Source of the DNA: the human T2T-CHM13v2.0 reference genome, Homo sapiens
DNA: 64,000 nucleotides
NCBI RefSeq assembly: GCF_009914755.1
Contig: NC_060927.1
Strand: one strand, 5' to 3'
Shown here piece by piece: positions 1-13,830 of the stretch. The notes under the pieces were generated by a model. It saw only the letters and a list, made by a program, of their open reading frames with translations. It made no database searches and was not told the DNA's origin. The position numbers and the translations under genes are program-made. The stretch's first letter is position 1. Each line of letters begins with the position of its first letter.

Positions 1-699
1 ATTCATAGACCTTCTTAGCAATACATTCAAAAGTATTTTACTTTTGGTACCTTTAAGTCTGATGAGTACAACATCCCTGGTTTACAATTTCAAAATTAAA
101 AGAGAAAAAGGGAAACTGGATACAAAGAAGACTGAGTCATGAGTGAAAAGTGCAAATTTAAATTGTAATTAGTAGCTTTATCTGATGAATACATTTGCAA
201 TTCAGTGAGACGTGATAAAGAGAATTATGTAATAGAACCAGGGAGAAATGTTCTCAGACTTTACCAATTAGATGACTAAGGAAAATCCATATACTCAATA
301 GGCTAATTAACTCCTGATTGATAGTCACTGAAGGGCCATTAGAAATGTCAAGTGTTCTTTACTTGTAGGACTAGAGAATCTCAAAAACCAAAAACAACAA
401 CAACAACAATCTCCTTTAGGGGTTAGACTTGATGACCTTTAATAAAACTTGCAACTCTGAAATTTGATGAGCAATATCACAGAATCCCCTGTTTTAATGA
501 GAACCGCTGTTCTTTCGTGAAACCACCTATACACAAATACAAAAGTCTAAAGCTTTACCATGCTTCAATCCAAGAACAGAAACACAAAACTGATTGTTCC
601 AAGTTTTAAAACTCTTGACTTACTATCTTTTATATAAAAAGTACTCTGTAAATAAAAACATAAGCAAAATAATTAATCAAGGGAGTACTCTCAAGAGGC

Positions 700-1500
700 A
701 TGCCCTCTAGCAATGAGAGAAGGTAAAGGCAGAAAACTTCCCTTTAGCAAGAATATGATAGGGCAACTAGAAAGGAATTGGTTTTATGGAGCTTTATAGG
801 CAGGAGGAAGAAAAGTGAAAGAATTTTCCGTGTTTTAGAACTACAGTACAAGAAACAACAATGGAAAAACAAGGTGTGCCTCTAGTGGAAAATATTGCAG
901 GAAAGCCGTGGAAGAGAAGATTGGAAAGGTAGGTTGTGATCCTGGGGTCCAGCACAGAGGTACATTAAAGATTTCTGAATGGGTAAGAGATGTGGTTTAT
1001 GTACTGTAGAGTATAACTGGAGAGTAAAATGAAGAACATGGTTGTCAAGACACAGGTGTGGAGGCAGTTAGACCTGCATAGAGGCTAGGGCAAATGTATG
1101 TGAAAAACATAGATCTACAAGGCCAGGATGTGGGTAGTAACAACATGTAAAAGCATGAACCATTCCAGGAATGGGAGGGAAGTGGACTCTAGCAATTGAA
1201 TAGAAGTGAGAACTTAGGAGAGGAAAAGACAACTAGAAAGCTTTCAAATCTGGGAAGTGCAGAACTCAAAATAAACGATGATGGTCAGGATGAGGACTGT
1301 TTTTTTTCATTTGTTTGTTTGTTTTTTGAATCTGTTAAGTATTGATGCTTGAAAGCCATCCAAGTAAGTGAGCAATGGGCCATGGAAAAGCAGATCTGGA
1401 CTTAGGAGAAGGACAGGGCAAGAGAATCTTAAGACATCTAAGCACAAGTGATACTTGAAGGAAGCCATGATAGTGTTCAAATAGAGACCATAAGATTGAA
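700..1500 (-). mobile_element. Degraded L2 LINE fragment
   Basis: Purine-rich plus strand with L2-like motifs (gttaagtattgatgcttgaaagccatccaagt...atctggacttaggagaag); boundaries approximate. Confidence 0.5.
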
Positions 1501-1513
1501 GGAACAGACTCTT

Positions 1514-2214
1514 TGTGGCAATAAGATACAAAATTCTAAATAACAACTAAGGCCATGCCTGACAAAGTTTAAGGCACACACCCCTACACGTAGAGAGTAA
1601 ACTATGTTCTAACTGTTCTAACTATCACAACATTTTTCTTTTCTCTAGCAGCTAAACAAGCACTGGACTCAAGATAAGCAATATTGAAACAATTGCAGCT
1701 CACTGACCACCAGACATTGCCTAACACTCCCCAACTTTTCACAAGCCATAACTACAGCCTTGACTGGACAAGAAATCGACTTCAGTAACTTTCTCTTAAT
1801 AAGAGAACACTGGCCATGGACTGGTTCTGGCCAGTTTACAGAGGCTGCATATGTAAGTGCCTTCATGTCCCTGTTTCAGCTTTTGACTCAAAGGACCTAA
1901 TTGTAATTTATTTAAAGTCTCCACCCCAAAATGAACATGGGTCATATGTAACATGAATGTTTCCTTAGTATGCATGCATACATCCTCCCTTTGTCAATAT
2001 TCATAGCTCCTCCTAGATCTCATTGAATATGTATACTTGGCCAACCGTTTCAGCATAAATTCCTGTTTTATCTCTCCTCCCTCGAAGTACCTATTCTCAG
2101 ACTCTGATGGAGGCTGTGCTTCCCAGACTGTCAGGATGGCCACCCTGCAGGCTGTAACTATAAGAAATAAAGCTCTTCTCTCCAAATTTGTAGGTCTAGT
2201 GATTGAAGTTAACA
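1514..2214 (+). mobile_element. Solo ERV1 LTR, MER39-like
   Basis: About 700 bp, TG...ACA ends, AATAAA near the 3' end, motifs ggactggttctggccagtttacagaggctgc and ctccaccccaaaatgaacatggg. Confidence 0.7.
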
Positions 2215-2220
2215 ATAGAA

Positions 2221-2565
2221 TGTTATATGATTGCTGACTAATATCTGTTTTGCTTCTCTAGAGGAGAATTATTCTTCCCTGCCCCATTGTAATCAGGCTT
2301 GGCCATGTAACTTACCAGTGAAAAGTGAGAGAAATATTATGTGTCAGTCCACTAAAAAGCTCTAAGAGCCTTTTCCCCTCTTCCATAGAATTCTCCAGCT
2401 AGTGGTTGCTTCGTCAGCCTAGTCCTGGAGTTAAATTAAGATGAAAGAAAAACCACAGCTGATATGTAGTATGAGTAAGAAATAATTAGATATTGCAAAA
2501 GCCACTAGGATTTTAGAGGTTGTTTATTACTGCAATATAACCTAGCCTAACCTAACTGATAAACA
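2221..2565 (+). mobile_element. Old MaLR LTR (MLT1I/J-like)
   Basis: aggcttggccatgtaactt and 3' end aagccactaggattttagaggttgtttattactgcaatataacctagcc...ctgataaaca. Confidence 0.6.
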
Positions 2566-3742
2566 ATGTGAATGAGATTCCCTAAGAATCAAAAGTAAAG
2601 AAAGATCAGGGAATGACCTTGTACAGAACTTATTCAGACAAATCTGAATTTGTCATTTCATAGAAGAACAAACAACACAAGTTAGTTACACTTGCCTAGT
2701 TACTTTGAGTATAATTTTTAAAATTTTGCCATTAATTTTTCTAAATAAAAAACTTGGTATTTAAAAACACTTGCTAGATTAGACAATTATTCTGGCTATC
2801 TTTGGAAATGCTCTATGAAATATTCTGTGACAAATAGTAACCACTCTTATCAGCAATTTAGAGTGCTCAATATATTTTTTAAAAATATTACTTTTACCTG
2901 TAAACTTTTATACAAGTAAATTCACCAACCTAACACTCTTCATTAGATCACAAGAACTAAAATTGTTCTTTAACGTTAGGAAGTGTGTTTTTGCCTTGAG
3001 ATAGATGAACTAGGCATTCTTTCTATGAATAGTCAGTGGCTGATCACTGAATACAATTTTCTGCTCAGCACTCTAGCAGACTGGCATAATTAGAGAGAGA
3101 AAAAGGCAACACAAAAACCCAAGATCATAAAGTTAGTGAATAGGAGCTAACCCCATGGTTTAGATGTATGTGTTACCCCAAGGCAGCAGATAAAACCTTA
3201 TTATTTATACTAATAAATAATATATGACTTGAAAATTTAAGAGGAATTATCAATCAAAATTGTCTTTATATCAGTCAACTAGGTTTACAATGAAAATTTA
3301 GTTTCTATGAGTATTCTTTCTATTTCTTACATTTTAGAGAAAACCGCCAAATCAATTTTCTAATTAAAGGCCATACCATTTCTTCCCCTTTTCACTATTG
3401 TTGCCCCAACCCTCTCCAGGGGTTCTCATTTACCAAAGTATGACATGTTTAACATTTTTCAAAGGAATTAGTTTGGGTTTTTAAAATATATATATAATTG
3501 GATTACTCTTTTCATATAGATTTTTTAATTAAAATGATTTGATAAATTACTAAAATGTGATTTCATGTGTCTCTATCTTTTATATATGGACAAGCCTACA
3601 AATCACAAAAGATTCTTGTGCATTACCAGAAATTTTCTTTTTATTATTAAAAAATGCATGATCTTTGATTCTAGAGTCTTATCTACCTCTTCTTCTCCTT
3701 CTGCCAAGTATTTAACTATTCTACAAAATTAGCTCAGAGTCC

Positions 3743-3868
3743 TTTTGTTTTGAGATGAGGTCTCACTTATTTTGCCCAGTCCAGTCTCAAAGTCCCAGAT
3801 GCAAGGAATTGTTTGTGCCTCAGCCTTCCAAGTAGGCGAGTCTATAGCCACATGCCACTGTGCCAGGC
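3743..3868 (-). mobile_element. FLAM (Alu left monomer) with target-site duplication
   Basis: Monomer-length Alu sequence flanked by gctcagagtccttttgtttt / gctcagactcattttgtttt. Confidence 0.8.
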
Positions 3869-4457
3869 TCAGACTCATTTTGTTTTCAGAGTTGTGCTAA
3901 TCAGTATGAGGAAGCACATAGTAATAAAAAGAACATGTAATTGCTTTAAGAAAACTCAAATTTGTTAGCCTAGATGCCTCAGGTTTATACTGCAATACAA
4001 ATAGAATAAGGGTCTACGAAATGGGTGTCTTTTCTCATAGAGAGTTTTGTGTAAATTCAGTTTAAAGAGAATTTGGCTCAAAATATCTGATGAGTGTGCT
4101 GGAACTCTTAGCCTCTCAACCTATATAACTTGCTTTTTTGTTTGTTTTTTTGTTTTGTTTTGTTTTTTCCTGATATAGGTCCTCATGGATTAGGAAAGCA
4201 ATGTCTTTCCTAATGTCCATCGCTTCCTTCTTTTGGCTTTAGAATATCTGCACCAACTTTACAGACTTTACTATCTCTTCTGCCCTTTTGAAATTTTCTC
4301 TAGCTCCAGCTTGGAAGGGTGCTTCATCATCTCAACACCATTTCCACTGTTAGGTAAGTTCTGGCATGTTTATGTTATCTTCAAAAGACAAATCCAAAGT
4401 TTGTTACCACTCAACTTCTGAAAGGACAGATCCTGGAAGACTGCCACCCTTCAAAGT

Positions 4458-5024
4458 TGTAAAAGAAAATAAAATTTAAGGACCCTCTAAATTTATTATG
4501 CCAAGGGGTGGGGTGGGGGTGTTAAGCACTGGTGTCTGAGTCACATAACATGTTTGCAATTTCTGCTTCTTTGGGGTTAATTCTCTTCCTCATTTTCTTG
4601 TTCTGTAAATGACTAGGAGAGACCAGACACCAGACTGCCTCCCCCTTCCAATTACTGATATTTGTTATATATTAACTACATCCTTTATTGTCCTGTACCT
4701 AAGATTAGATGGTGCAAAAGACCCCATGAGTATTAAATCCTCAGTATAAAATGTTAAATATACCTTTCCCAAAAGAATAAGACCACCCCAACCAATGTCA
4801 GATTACTGTAACTAAGCATTAAGCCTTATATAGAAAGAGGTGTTGAAATTCTGTTAAACTTCCCTAAACTTTGTCTATAAAAATGATACTAAACTTCTAC
4901 ACTTTGGAATACTGACTTCCATTCTTTGGAATCTGTGTTTTCTGGGCAGCCATTCTCCAACTTAACACTTGGATAAACTCTCTTTAAACTAGATTCTGAC
5001 CCTTTGGATTATTCTAGGTTGACG
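4458..5024 (+). mobile_element. Solo MER4-group ERV1 LTR (LTR49-like, tentative)
   Basis: Starts tgtaaaagaaaataaaatttaaggaccctctaaatttattatgccaaggg and ends taaactctctttaaactagattctgaccc...ggttgac. Confidence 0.65.
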
Positions 5025-5102
5025 TATTCTAGTCTCTAAGTTAAGAGATGAAAGTATCTAGTCACAACCCATTTACTTAACAGAGACAACACACCTGGGG
5101 GC

Positions 5103-5198
5103 TTTTTTTTTTTTTTTCTTTTTCTTTTTTGAGATGGAGTCTCGCTCTATCGCCCAGGCTGGAGTGCAGTGGCACAATCTCGGCTCACAGCAAGCTCC
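5103..5198 (-). mobile_element. 5'-truncated Alu (AluY-type 3' end) with TSD
   Basis: Poly-T then gagatggagtctcgctct...gcaagctcc (AluY diagnostic); flanked on both sides by gggggctttt. Confidence 0.85.
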
Positions 5199-6950
5199 AG
5201 GGGGCTTTTCTTAACTCAAGTTAGCAGCTCTACCTACCACACATATATATATTTTTAAATGATGTGCATCCTTAATGAAACACATATTTTCATATTTTAA
5301 AAAAGTCAAGATAACCCAAAGATGAATTGTTGATTTAAAAAGTCTAAAAGTAGAAAAAATTTGGAGCAAGGAAAAACGTCACTTTAACCCTTTACATCAA
5401 ACTCATCTCTTTGTTCTCCCTACCTACTGCCTTCTTTGCATCAAAAGGCTTCAGGATTTTTCTGCACTTCTCTATGCCAGATGCTGCTTTGGGGATCCCC
5501 ACCTGTGACCCAATATCCGGGAGCAGAAATTACACTTACCTGCTTCATTACCACTCATTCTCTTTCAGCCCTCAAAATAAAGCAGGTAGTCTTCGATTAT
5601 TAGAGAAAAGACCAAAGCTTTCCCTAAAAGGTTTAAATCTAAATTAATAAAATGGCACAATCCAGCTCTTGCTCTGGATAACAAAGAAGTGAATATGACA
5701 AGCCTGTCTTTTTTTTTCCTCTTTAGTATGTGGTGGCACAAACTTGGCTATATCAGAGAACCAAACCAAAGGAGTGAAATAAGTCTCAGTCATTCAACAG
5801 ACATTTTACTCAGCATTTATCCCATGCCAGACCAGTTGCCAGCATACAAAGATGAGACATGTATTCAGGCTGAGGGAAAACACAGGGCTCTTAGGGAGGG
5901 CAGCATGATGCATCTACAATAATACCTGAAGAAAATACAAAATGCCACAGGAACTAAGAATATCATTATCCCTTACAGATTCACTTGCAGCATCCCCAGT
6001 CCTTGGAAGAGCTGATATGTGTCCATTGTGTAATAAGGATGTTACATTGTGTAATAAGGTTGTCGTAATCTATTCTATTCATTCACTGTTTATTTTCTGT
6101 TTTCATCAGTCATATCCAGAAGATCCTCTTTTAGTTAAGACACTATCATTGGTGATGATATGAACGTTTCCTTACCATTGCCATTCACATGGACTGGAAA
6201 ACAATTGAGGTGTAACAGTCTCTGTGTTCTAGAAAGTGATTTATTAGAGGTATATCCATGAATCACAGAGGAATATTTTCTCTGTAGATTTCGAAAACCA
6301 GTGGTCTTATATTTAAAATGTCAGCTTGGGGAAACCTCACTAGCTTCCCCTATTATGAATAAGCTGGTCGTTGGCAGGAGCTATCCCAAGGGGCCATTCA
6401 GAGGCCATTATTTCACCGTGAAGCCTCTGTTAAAAAGAGTAATTGGTATCAATAACACTTACCTGTGTTTGCAGAGGGAAGGTTACCCAGCCATAACAAG
6501 CCCAGTATCACACAGCCACTACTTAAAACAATGCAGTATTTGGAATTTATGACAATAAAGGCTTTCTGTAATAATGCCCTTATTGGGGCCTTCTCAATTC
6601 ATTTAGCATACTTTGCTGTGTACTCACAATTAAATTAAATCTGCCATGCAGTTATAAGCTAAGGTGCTGCATACAAGATGCAAATGCTGCACACTGAAAA
6701 GGTTCATTTCTCAAAAAGAGTTATGGGGTACATGGCTTCAAATGCCTTTTATGACTATTCCTCTGAAACAGCCACAGGACTCTTGCAAAATGCAAAATCT
6801 GGAATATAATTAGTGATTATCTTAATCTTGCAGGGGTTTGGAAAAATGAGAGGAAACAATTACCATTATACAGAAAGATGGCTCAAGCATGAATCAATAT
6901 GGCAGGCACATAAGTAAACAGACATGGGGCTAGACAAGGGAGGGAATCCC

Positions 6951-6981
6951 CAACGACGACGACGAGGACAACAACAACAAA
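6951..6981. repeat. Compound (GAC)n(AAC)n microsatellite next to the exon donor
   Basis: caacgacgacgacgaggacaacaacaacaaa. Confidence 0.85.
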
Positions 6982-6995
6982 GATCATTGCTTAAC

Positions 6996-7158
6996 CTGTT
7001 TTGTCAGAGCTGGTATTGATGGTATTGGTAGTGATGGAGGTGAAGGTAGTCTTTGCGCTGTCCTTGGCAGTTACAGATTTCTGCTTATTTTTCATGGCTT
7101 CCAGTGCTTTGAGCTTCTTGGCATGTTTCGTGCCTTTGTAGTGGGCCGCAGCCTGGCT
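6996..7158 (-). CDS. ZNF385D: ZNF385D next coding exon (163 nt, phase 0-1); His-His half of first zinc finger plus Lys/Thr-rich linker
   Basis: Minus strand reads ttttgttctcctttgtAG|AGCCAG...AAAACAG|GTtaag. It translates SQAAAHYKGTKHAKKLKALEAMKNKQKSVTAKDSAKTTFTSITTNTINTSSDKT, in frame with the upstream exon, giving C-X2-C-X12-H-X5-H. Absent from the ORF track. Confidence 0.95.
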
Positions 7159-8003
7159 CTACAAAGGAGAACAAAATGAACCATGCAATCAGGCTCATTT
7201 CTAAACTGGCATTCTCTGTATTACTGCAAATACAGACTCCCTTTCAATAACAGGTACCATTCGAGCTAATTCTGGCCGTGGCCAGACAGTGGGGTTCTAT
7301 TTAGAATGATGCTAGAAAGCAATGGGAATCCAGTTGTAAAACCTCAGGATAGAAGGAAGAAATACTCTGTTGTTTATCTTAAGAGAAATGTAGCTGAACA
7401 CTGACACATCAACAACATTTTCTTTGTGGGAGCGGGGAAAAAAAATAAGAATTTACACCTGTATCATCTTTGTTCTGCCACAGAAGATGCTGGGCTCCCA
7501 AAGATTAACAAGAGCCCTAGAAAAGAGTAGCTTTCACCTTCTTGGCTTAGAAAATGCATTTTCTCTTTCTACAATGTGTCTTATTAATACAGTCCTCAAC
7601 AGGTGTCTACAAGGAAAGGTTCACACAAAACAGGGGAAGTAAGCACCCTGGAGACTGAGATTGAAGCTTTAGAGTTCAAAAGCAAATGCACTTCTTAAGT
7701 TCAAATGGAGCACACAGAAGCCGGGCAATTTCAGATTCTTTCTCCTCACTTCTTACCAAGGGTAGTCTGAGAAGTTCAACTTAGTGTCATTTTTTCAGCG
7801 CATGGATCTTTCATGCCCCAGTCCATTGTTGGGAGGCTCCAGTGTGTTTGTACTACCTAATGGGGCCAATCCAGTTCTTTTGCTTGTGCCATCTGAGATA
7901 TATAGAGAGAGAGTTTAGAGTGATATGCATTTTCTCATGTTTTATTTTCCTAAGAGCATTTTTTTTTTTTGTGGGGGAGCGGTATAGTGAAATACATTAA
8001 TTA

Positions 8004-8322
<319 letters not shown>

Positions 8323-10551
8323 TCATATTTAAATAAATGTATGTTTATTAATGTTTATTTCTTGGGGGAGAAAATACTGTAGTTGGTGGGTAGGGTAAGG
8401 GTGACCAGGAAGATTCTTAACTTAGGTTTTCCAGGTCATAACCTTTCCAAATGTCCCCCACAAAAGGATATCTCAGTAGAGGATTACTCCTGTTAGATTA
8501 TCCATTACTTCCCATTGCTTATTTAAACTAAGTACTTCACTTTGCCAAAAAATAATAATCACATTGTCCTCTTCATTACAGAACCTGTGATAACTAGGGT
8601 GTTGCAATATAATATGTTTTAACAAATAATTAAATAGTCCACATCTTCATTTGCATCATTCTAGCAAGATATCCTCAAAGGACTAGGTACCCTTATTGAA
8701 AGAACACTGGACAAGAAAATTATATATTAGAAACAGTTTGAACAGAGAGCACACTCATGCATCAGTTACAAGTTTTCCAACAACACATAACATCAAAAGA
8801 CATAGTGTGAGCCAAAATATGAAGTTAAGACATGCTATAGTTAATTGAGGAACCAGCGATAGATTGGATTAAGTTGATTCTACATGGAGAATGCCACTTT
8901 GAGGACAAAATTTTGTCTTTTTTTTCCCTGCCTAATTCTCATTTTTAGTATATCAAGTCCTTCGGCCATAACATTTGAGAACGATATGCTATATTCAATT
9001 AAAATCACAGGATCACAGGTCATCTTCTTTAGGCATCTGGATATATCATTTCCCTTAAAGCAGAGTTTCTCTTCTCTTTGCAAGTAACCCTTTCCTTGGT
9101 GATACAAGTGAATGTTTAATAGATAATATATATTAAAAGATGGGGGGTGAGATTAATCGTGCTATCTCCACTTATACCTCCAAAATAGACATTTCATAGG
9201 TTCCTAACAAATCTAACATTCTCAGTGGCATTTAAAATTAAACAACACTTTGTTTTAACATATCACAGGACCAGGTGATTATCACTATTTTTGAAATTAA
9301 GAAACTTACTACAAAGGAAGCCCACAAGTTAAGAAAGTCTTACACCAAAAAACAAAAACAAAAACAAACCAAAACAAACCCAAATACCAAACAAACAAAA
9401 ACCTCTCTGCACAGGCACAACTAAACCAATTCCCTCTAACAAGTGAAACAGCTCAGGGAGTTGTGGGAAGAACAGGGTGACAAAATGACCAGAAGTTGAT
9501 AGGCTCCCAACAGAGACACTTAATATCTTAAAATGCAAAATGCAAAATAAGACAAAATGAAATGCATATTCACTCGTTTATTGAATGACAGTACCAAAAC
9601 ACCTTGATAATAATTATTTTAATTATAAATTATCTGATTTAAAGGCAAATAAGCCTTTCCCAAATTAAAAATAAGTAAATAAATTATATGAAGGTCCAAG
9701 GCGTTATAGATAAACCAAGACATGTAGAATTTAGGAGAAATTGAGTATAGTGGGGTGATGGTTGCAGACGACATCAATATCAATATGATTGTAATTGTGC
9801 AGGGTATGTGTGTTGGGGTGGAAGTGGGCATACAAGTTGGAAGGCTAATATAGACAGATAACCCTTCTAGATATTTTAAATTTTCTTTATCATTGACTTT
9901 TAGGTAATGTTTATAGAATTTATTGGACAGTTCCTAAATTATCCTAGCATAATTTTTTCTAATTTATCTATAGTGACGCCATAACTCTAGATCTACCTTG
10001 ATTCAGGTATGCTGTATAACAGTGTATTCCCTATGTGAAGGCAGAAAACCCAGCAAGTCTCCTTATCCCTTTGGGCCACTTGATAGATGCAGATAGACAA
10101 ATAGATTGAAGTAGATAGATTATTCATCCACATTTTCTCTCTCTGTGACTGTAAAAAAAAGCTGCAGCCTAAGAAAGAATTTTACTGAGAGATTTTTTTA
10201 AAGCATCAGTTGGCCTGGGATGTCTCTTTGGGCCTCCTCTGCTTTTCTTTTGAGCAGAGGAGTGTAGGACAGTTATACCATATACTAGCACAACAAATTC
10301 CCTAAGAGATTGTGTCTTATTATTTATCAGCAATTTTCTGAGGGTCGTCATTGCCAGACACCTGGGAATTCTCAATACACATGCAAATAATTATTTTTCA
10401 CAGATATGACTTCTAAGTTAAATAAGTAACTGTACTAATTCATTCTACCGTATTTCAGAATTTTGTATTTTAAAACTAAAGCAGAATCGAGTGATCATAG
10501 TACATATGGACGTGAGCAAAACAATAAGATTTGAGCTTTAACAGCTATTTT

Positions 10552-10982
10552 TATTAAATTGAATTAAGTTTAGCCTAAAGCTACCTCCTACCTATCTTAA
10601 ATTTGGCCTAAAAGTTTCTGCATACATAGTAAACTGTAACGTAACTTGATGTGTAAACAGACTGTTACTTTCTGTATAACAAGTAGCGGAATCTAAATCA
10701 GTCACAGCAACTGGACTTAAGTCAACCACAGGCAGCCAACGGTTCAAACCAAATTCAAATAGGACAAACAGGGAGCTTTAACCAATCAGGCTATCTCTGT
10801 ACCTCATTTCTGCTTGCTGTATGTCACTTTCCTTTTTGTGTCTATAAATGTTATTCAGGCACATGAGAGCCCTGGAGTCTTATTAAACCTTTCCTGGTTC
10901 TAGAGGCTGTCAAATTCTTGTATTGTTCTTTGCTCAATTAAACTCCGCTAAATTTAATTTGTCTATAGTTTTTCTTTTAACA
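10552..10982 (+). mobile_element. Solo ERV1 LTR, MER57-like
   Basis: ttaagtttagcctaaagct start, aaccaatcaggct CCAAT box, ctcaattaaactc...ttttaaca end. Confidence 0.75.
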
Positions 10983-11657
10983 CTTTAAATAATAAGTGGA
11001 ATATTAGCACATTGTGTTATAAAAACCACTATGCCAATCTTGAAATAGTACATGACACCATTAAATCTAATAAGTGTCATCCCAGAGGCAAGGGCTGACA
11101 TTAAAGATATGCACACACGCGTTCCTGTAGAACAGAACGCCATTTTAGATGTAATAATGACCACACTTTAGTCACCAGTAGTCAGCCACTTTTCAATCTT
11201 CAAATTTTATCTTCAATATTTCAGAATGGTTTTTAGTTGAAATGCAACTGAAGTTTCAGTAGATAAAAATAAGTCTTAATTAGCTAACATTTGAGAGAGG
11301 GGTTTTGTCATTTTGAAACATGCTCATGCACATTTATCTTATTTGGCTAAATAAGAAACTTCTCTATAAATTGTTATTGCCCTATAAAATTCACTGAGAA
11401 GTTACTTTTTAGTATTTCTTTTATTCCATTAGCACCAATACCTTGTATACTTTTCACATCTCTTTTACAAAACATGTCTTATGCTTTTTAAAAACTCAGA
11501 CATTTATTATAAGCATATATATCCAATAACAATAACCAATTAATTTTCATGAACACAAATAATTTCAAAAAGAACAAGGTAGCCTTTTTAGTTTGTGATG
11601 TCATGTAATTTTATCATATATTAAATTTGAATTAAAATAAAATAAACTTTATCACAC

Positions 11658-12989
11658 TGATGGAATTCAGGACATGCCACCCCAAAACATGACTGGAATG
11701 AAACTGCCTTTGCAAAGATTACAAAAGCAAGAGAAATTTAGCACAACTGACTCCATCTTGCTTATAACCTCATAGGTGGCCCATCTTAGCTCATTCCTGG
11801 GCGTGGGCCAAGCTAACCATGGGAGAAATTTAATATATAGTTTAACATTGAGGCAAGGATAATAGGCCCTTCCTAAAATTGATCCCCACCTTGTTCAGGG
11901 CTGAAACCACCTTTGTAAGACCTATAAAAGGCCACAAGATTAGGATTATGGAAGGGACCCTAATCCTGCTAAAATGTAGGCTTAGTTACTGTAATCCTTT
12001 ACTGCACAGGAGTCATGTGGCCAGAGGTCACAAGATTTGTGACTTCCCCAATTGCTCCTATAGATAACATCACTATTGTAGAACCTAAAGTTGGTCTTTT
12101 GAGATGTTTTTCAGACTTTTTCATTCTGACAACTGAGGAACCCCACCAAAACTCATGACTCATGATTCCACAGGTCCTGTGGTCCCCCACCCAGAGGAGG
12201 ACTCATTACATTTTCCACACCCCTATGATTGCATCCCCAACTAATCAGTAGCAACCATTCTCTAGTCCCCTGCCCACCAAATTGTCCTTGAAAAACACCA
12301 ACCTCAGAGTCTTTGGAGAGACTAATTTGAGTGATAACTTGAGTTCTCCCACATGTCCAGCCTTATGTTAATTAAACTCTTTCTTTACTGCAGTACGACG
12401 GTGTCAGTGAACTGGTTTTCTGTGTGCAGTGGGCAGGAAGAACCCAAAAAGATAATTACAATAGGAGACCAGAATATTCCACTGCAAATATAGTATAAAG
12501 ACCATTTTGAGCTGATTATTTTCAGAAATAGCAGACAAAGGAGAATTTCTCAGAGCAGAGAAGTTACCCTTTTTTTTAAAGAGAAATTTACATCTATATG
12601 TCTCCCTCCCAGTACCAGGAAGATAAAGATGACTCTAAATCACTAGAGACTCTGATCAATGGAGATGGCATGAATTTAAATCTGCATAACACACGTTACT
12701 CTTGTTTATAGTACTCCTCCTGGCCACCTCCCCATAACTGGGCCTTTCTCTATATACTTTTTTCCTTGTTTCAGCAAAGGATGGTATTCAAGCCTGAAGT
12801 CAAAGTCATCTCTTTGAGTCTACTCTTGGGGTTTACTAATTTCTCTGGGTCATCGTGCATGCATACCTGAGTTATACATCTTAGTAAACTTTTGTTTGTT
12901 TTTTCTCCTGTTAATCTGTCTTTTTTGTAAGGGTCTGTCCCAGCTAGGAATTATGAAGGATAGAGGAATGATTTTTTTCTTCCCTTGCA
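11658..12989 (+). mobile_element. MER34-group ERV1 LTR interrupted by an LTR8-type element
   Basis: tgatggaattcaggacatgccaccccaaaa (11658-11698) resumes as taggagaccagaatattcc at 12461 and ends ttcttcccttgca. Confidence 0.65.
11699..12460 (+). mobile_element. Solo LTR8A/LTR8B (ERV1)
   Basis: tgaaactgcctttgcaaagatt start; ggtcacaagatttgtgacttccccaattgctcctatagataac core; gggcaggaagaaccc...attaca end. Confidence 0.8.
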
Positions 12990-13256
12990 ATATTAAAATG
13001 TAACACCAGAAAAGAAAAAATGAATGGTTATTAGAGATGTCACCATCCTCCTTGGGGAAAGAAGAGAACATTTCAGCCAACTGAAATGTTTTTCCCTTTT
13101 TTTGTTTTTTTAAAAAAATCTAATTTATTAAATTTTAGCTTAGATTATTTCAGAGATAAAAATTATCAGATAAAATCTAATATCCTAAAATCTTAAATGA
13201 TTACAGGAAAAAAAGCTTAAATTTTATCTTTTTTTAATGTTGATAATATATATTAC

Positions 13257-13830
13257 TGTTTATGATCCTAAATTTCTCAAAATGGAGTCACTTGTGACAA
13301 GTGACTCAGCCCACAGTTAAACTGCTGACCCCTCAAAGTTATAAAGACATATATGGTAGACTGAGGGGATAAAGTAGCACCTGCTGTGTCCAGACACCCT
13401 GAGACTTGGCAAGTAAGTGAAGCCAAACGACTGCCGAGATAATGGCCATGAACACACCTGTGAAGGGTCGTAGAAACAGAAAAGAAACTGACCAGGGCTA
13501 AGATGCCTGCAGACTCCCTGCTGGTGAGAATGCTGAGGCCTCCTTTCTGCCTAAGTGCTGCAACACCCCAAACCCATGGCCAGCAATGTGTTGGTTTCCT
13601 GAGCTACTCATCAGTAGTTTATTCCCTTTTTTTCTTATTACTGTCTGTGTGTGTTAAATACATTGGCATAATTGTTGGTGTGTGAAAGCCTTGCAATAAA
13701 CCTTGAATTTGAAAGGATTTAATTGGCCCTTGAGTCACTGTGAAACCTCCCCACCTCCAATCAGAGTTAATAAAACTAGGCTGATTGGAACCTGAGAGAG
13801 TAGTTGCATACGGTAATCTGACTAGTTAAG
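13257..13830 (+). mobile_element. Old LTR-like element, family unresolved
   Basis: GC-richer block opening with aaaatggagtcacttgtg and carrying AATAAA near its 3' end; boundaries approximate. Confidence 0.4.
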
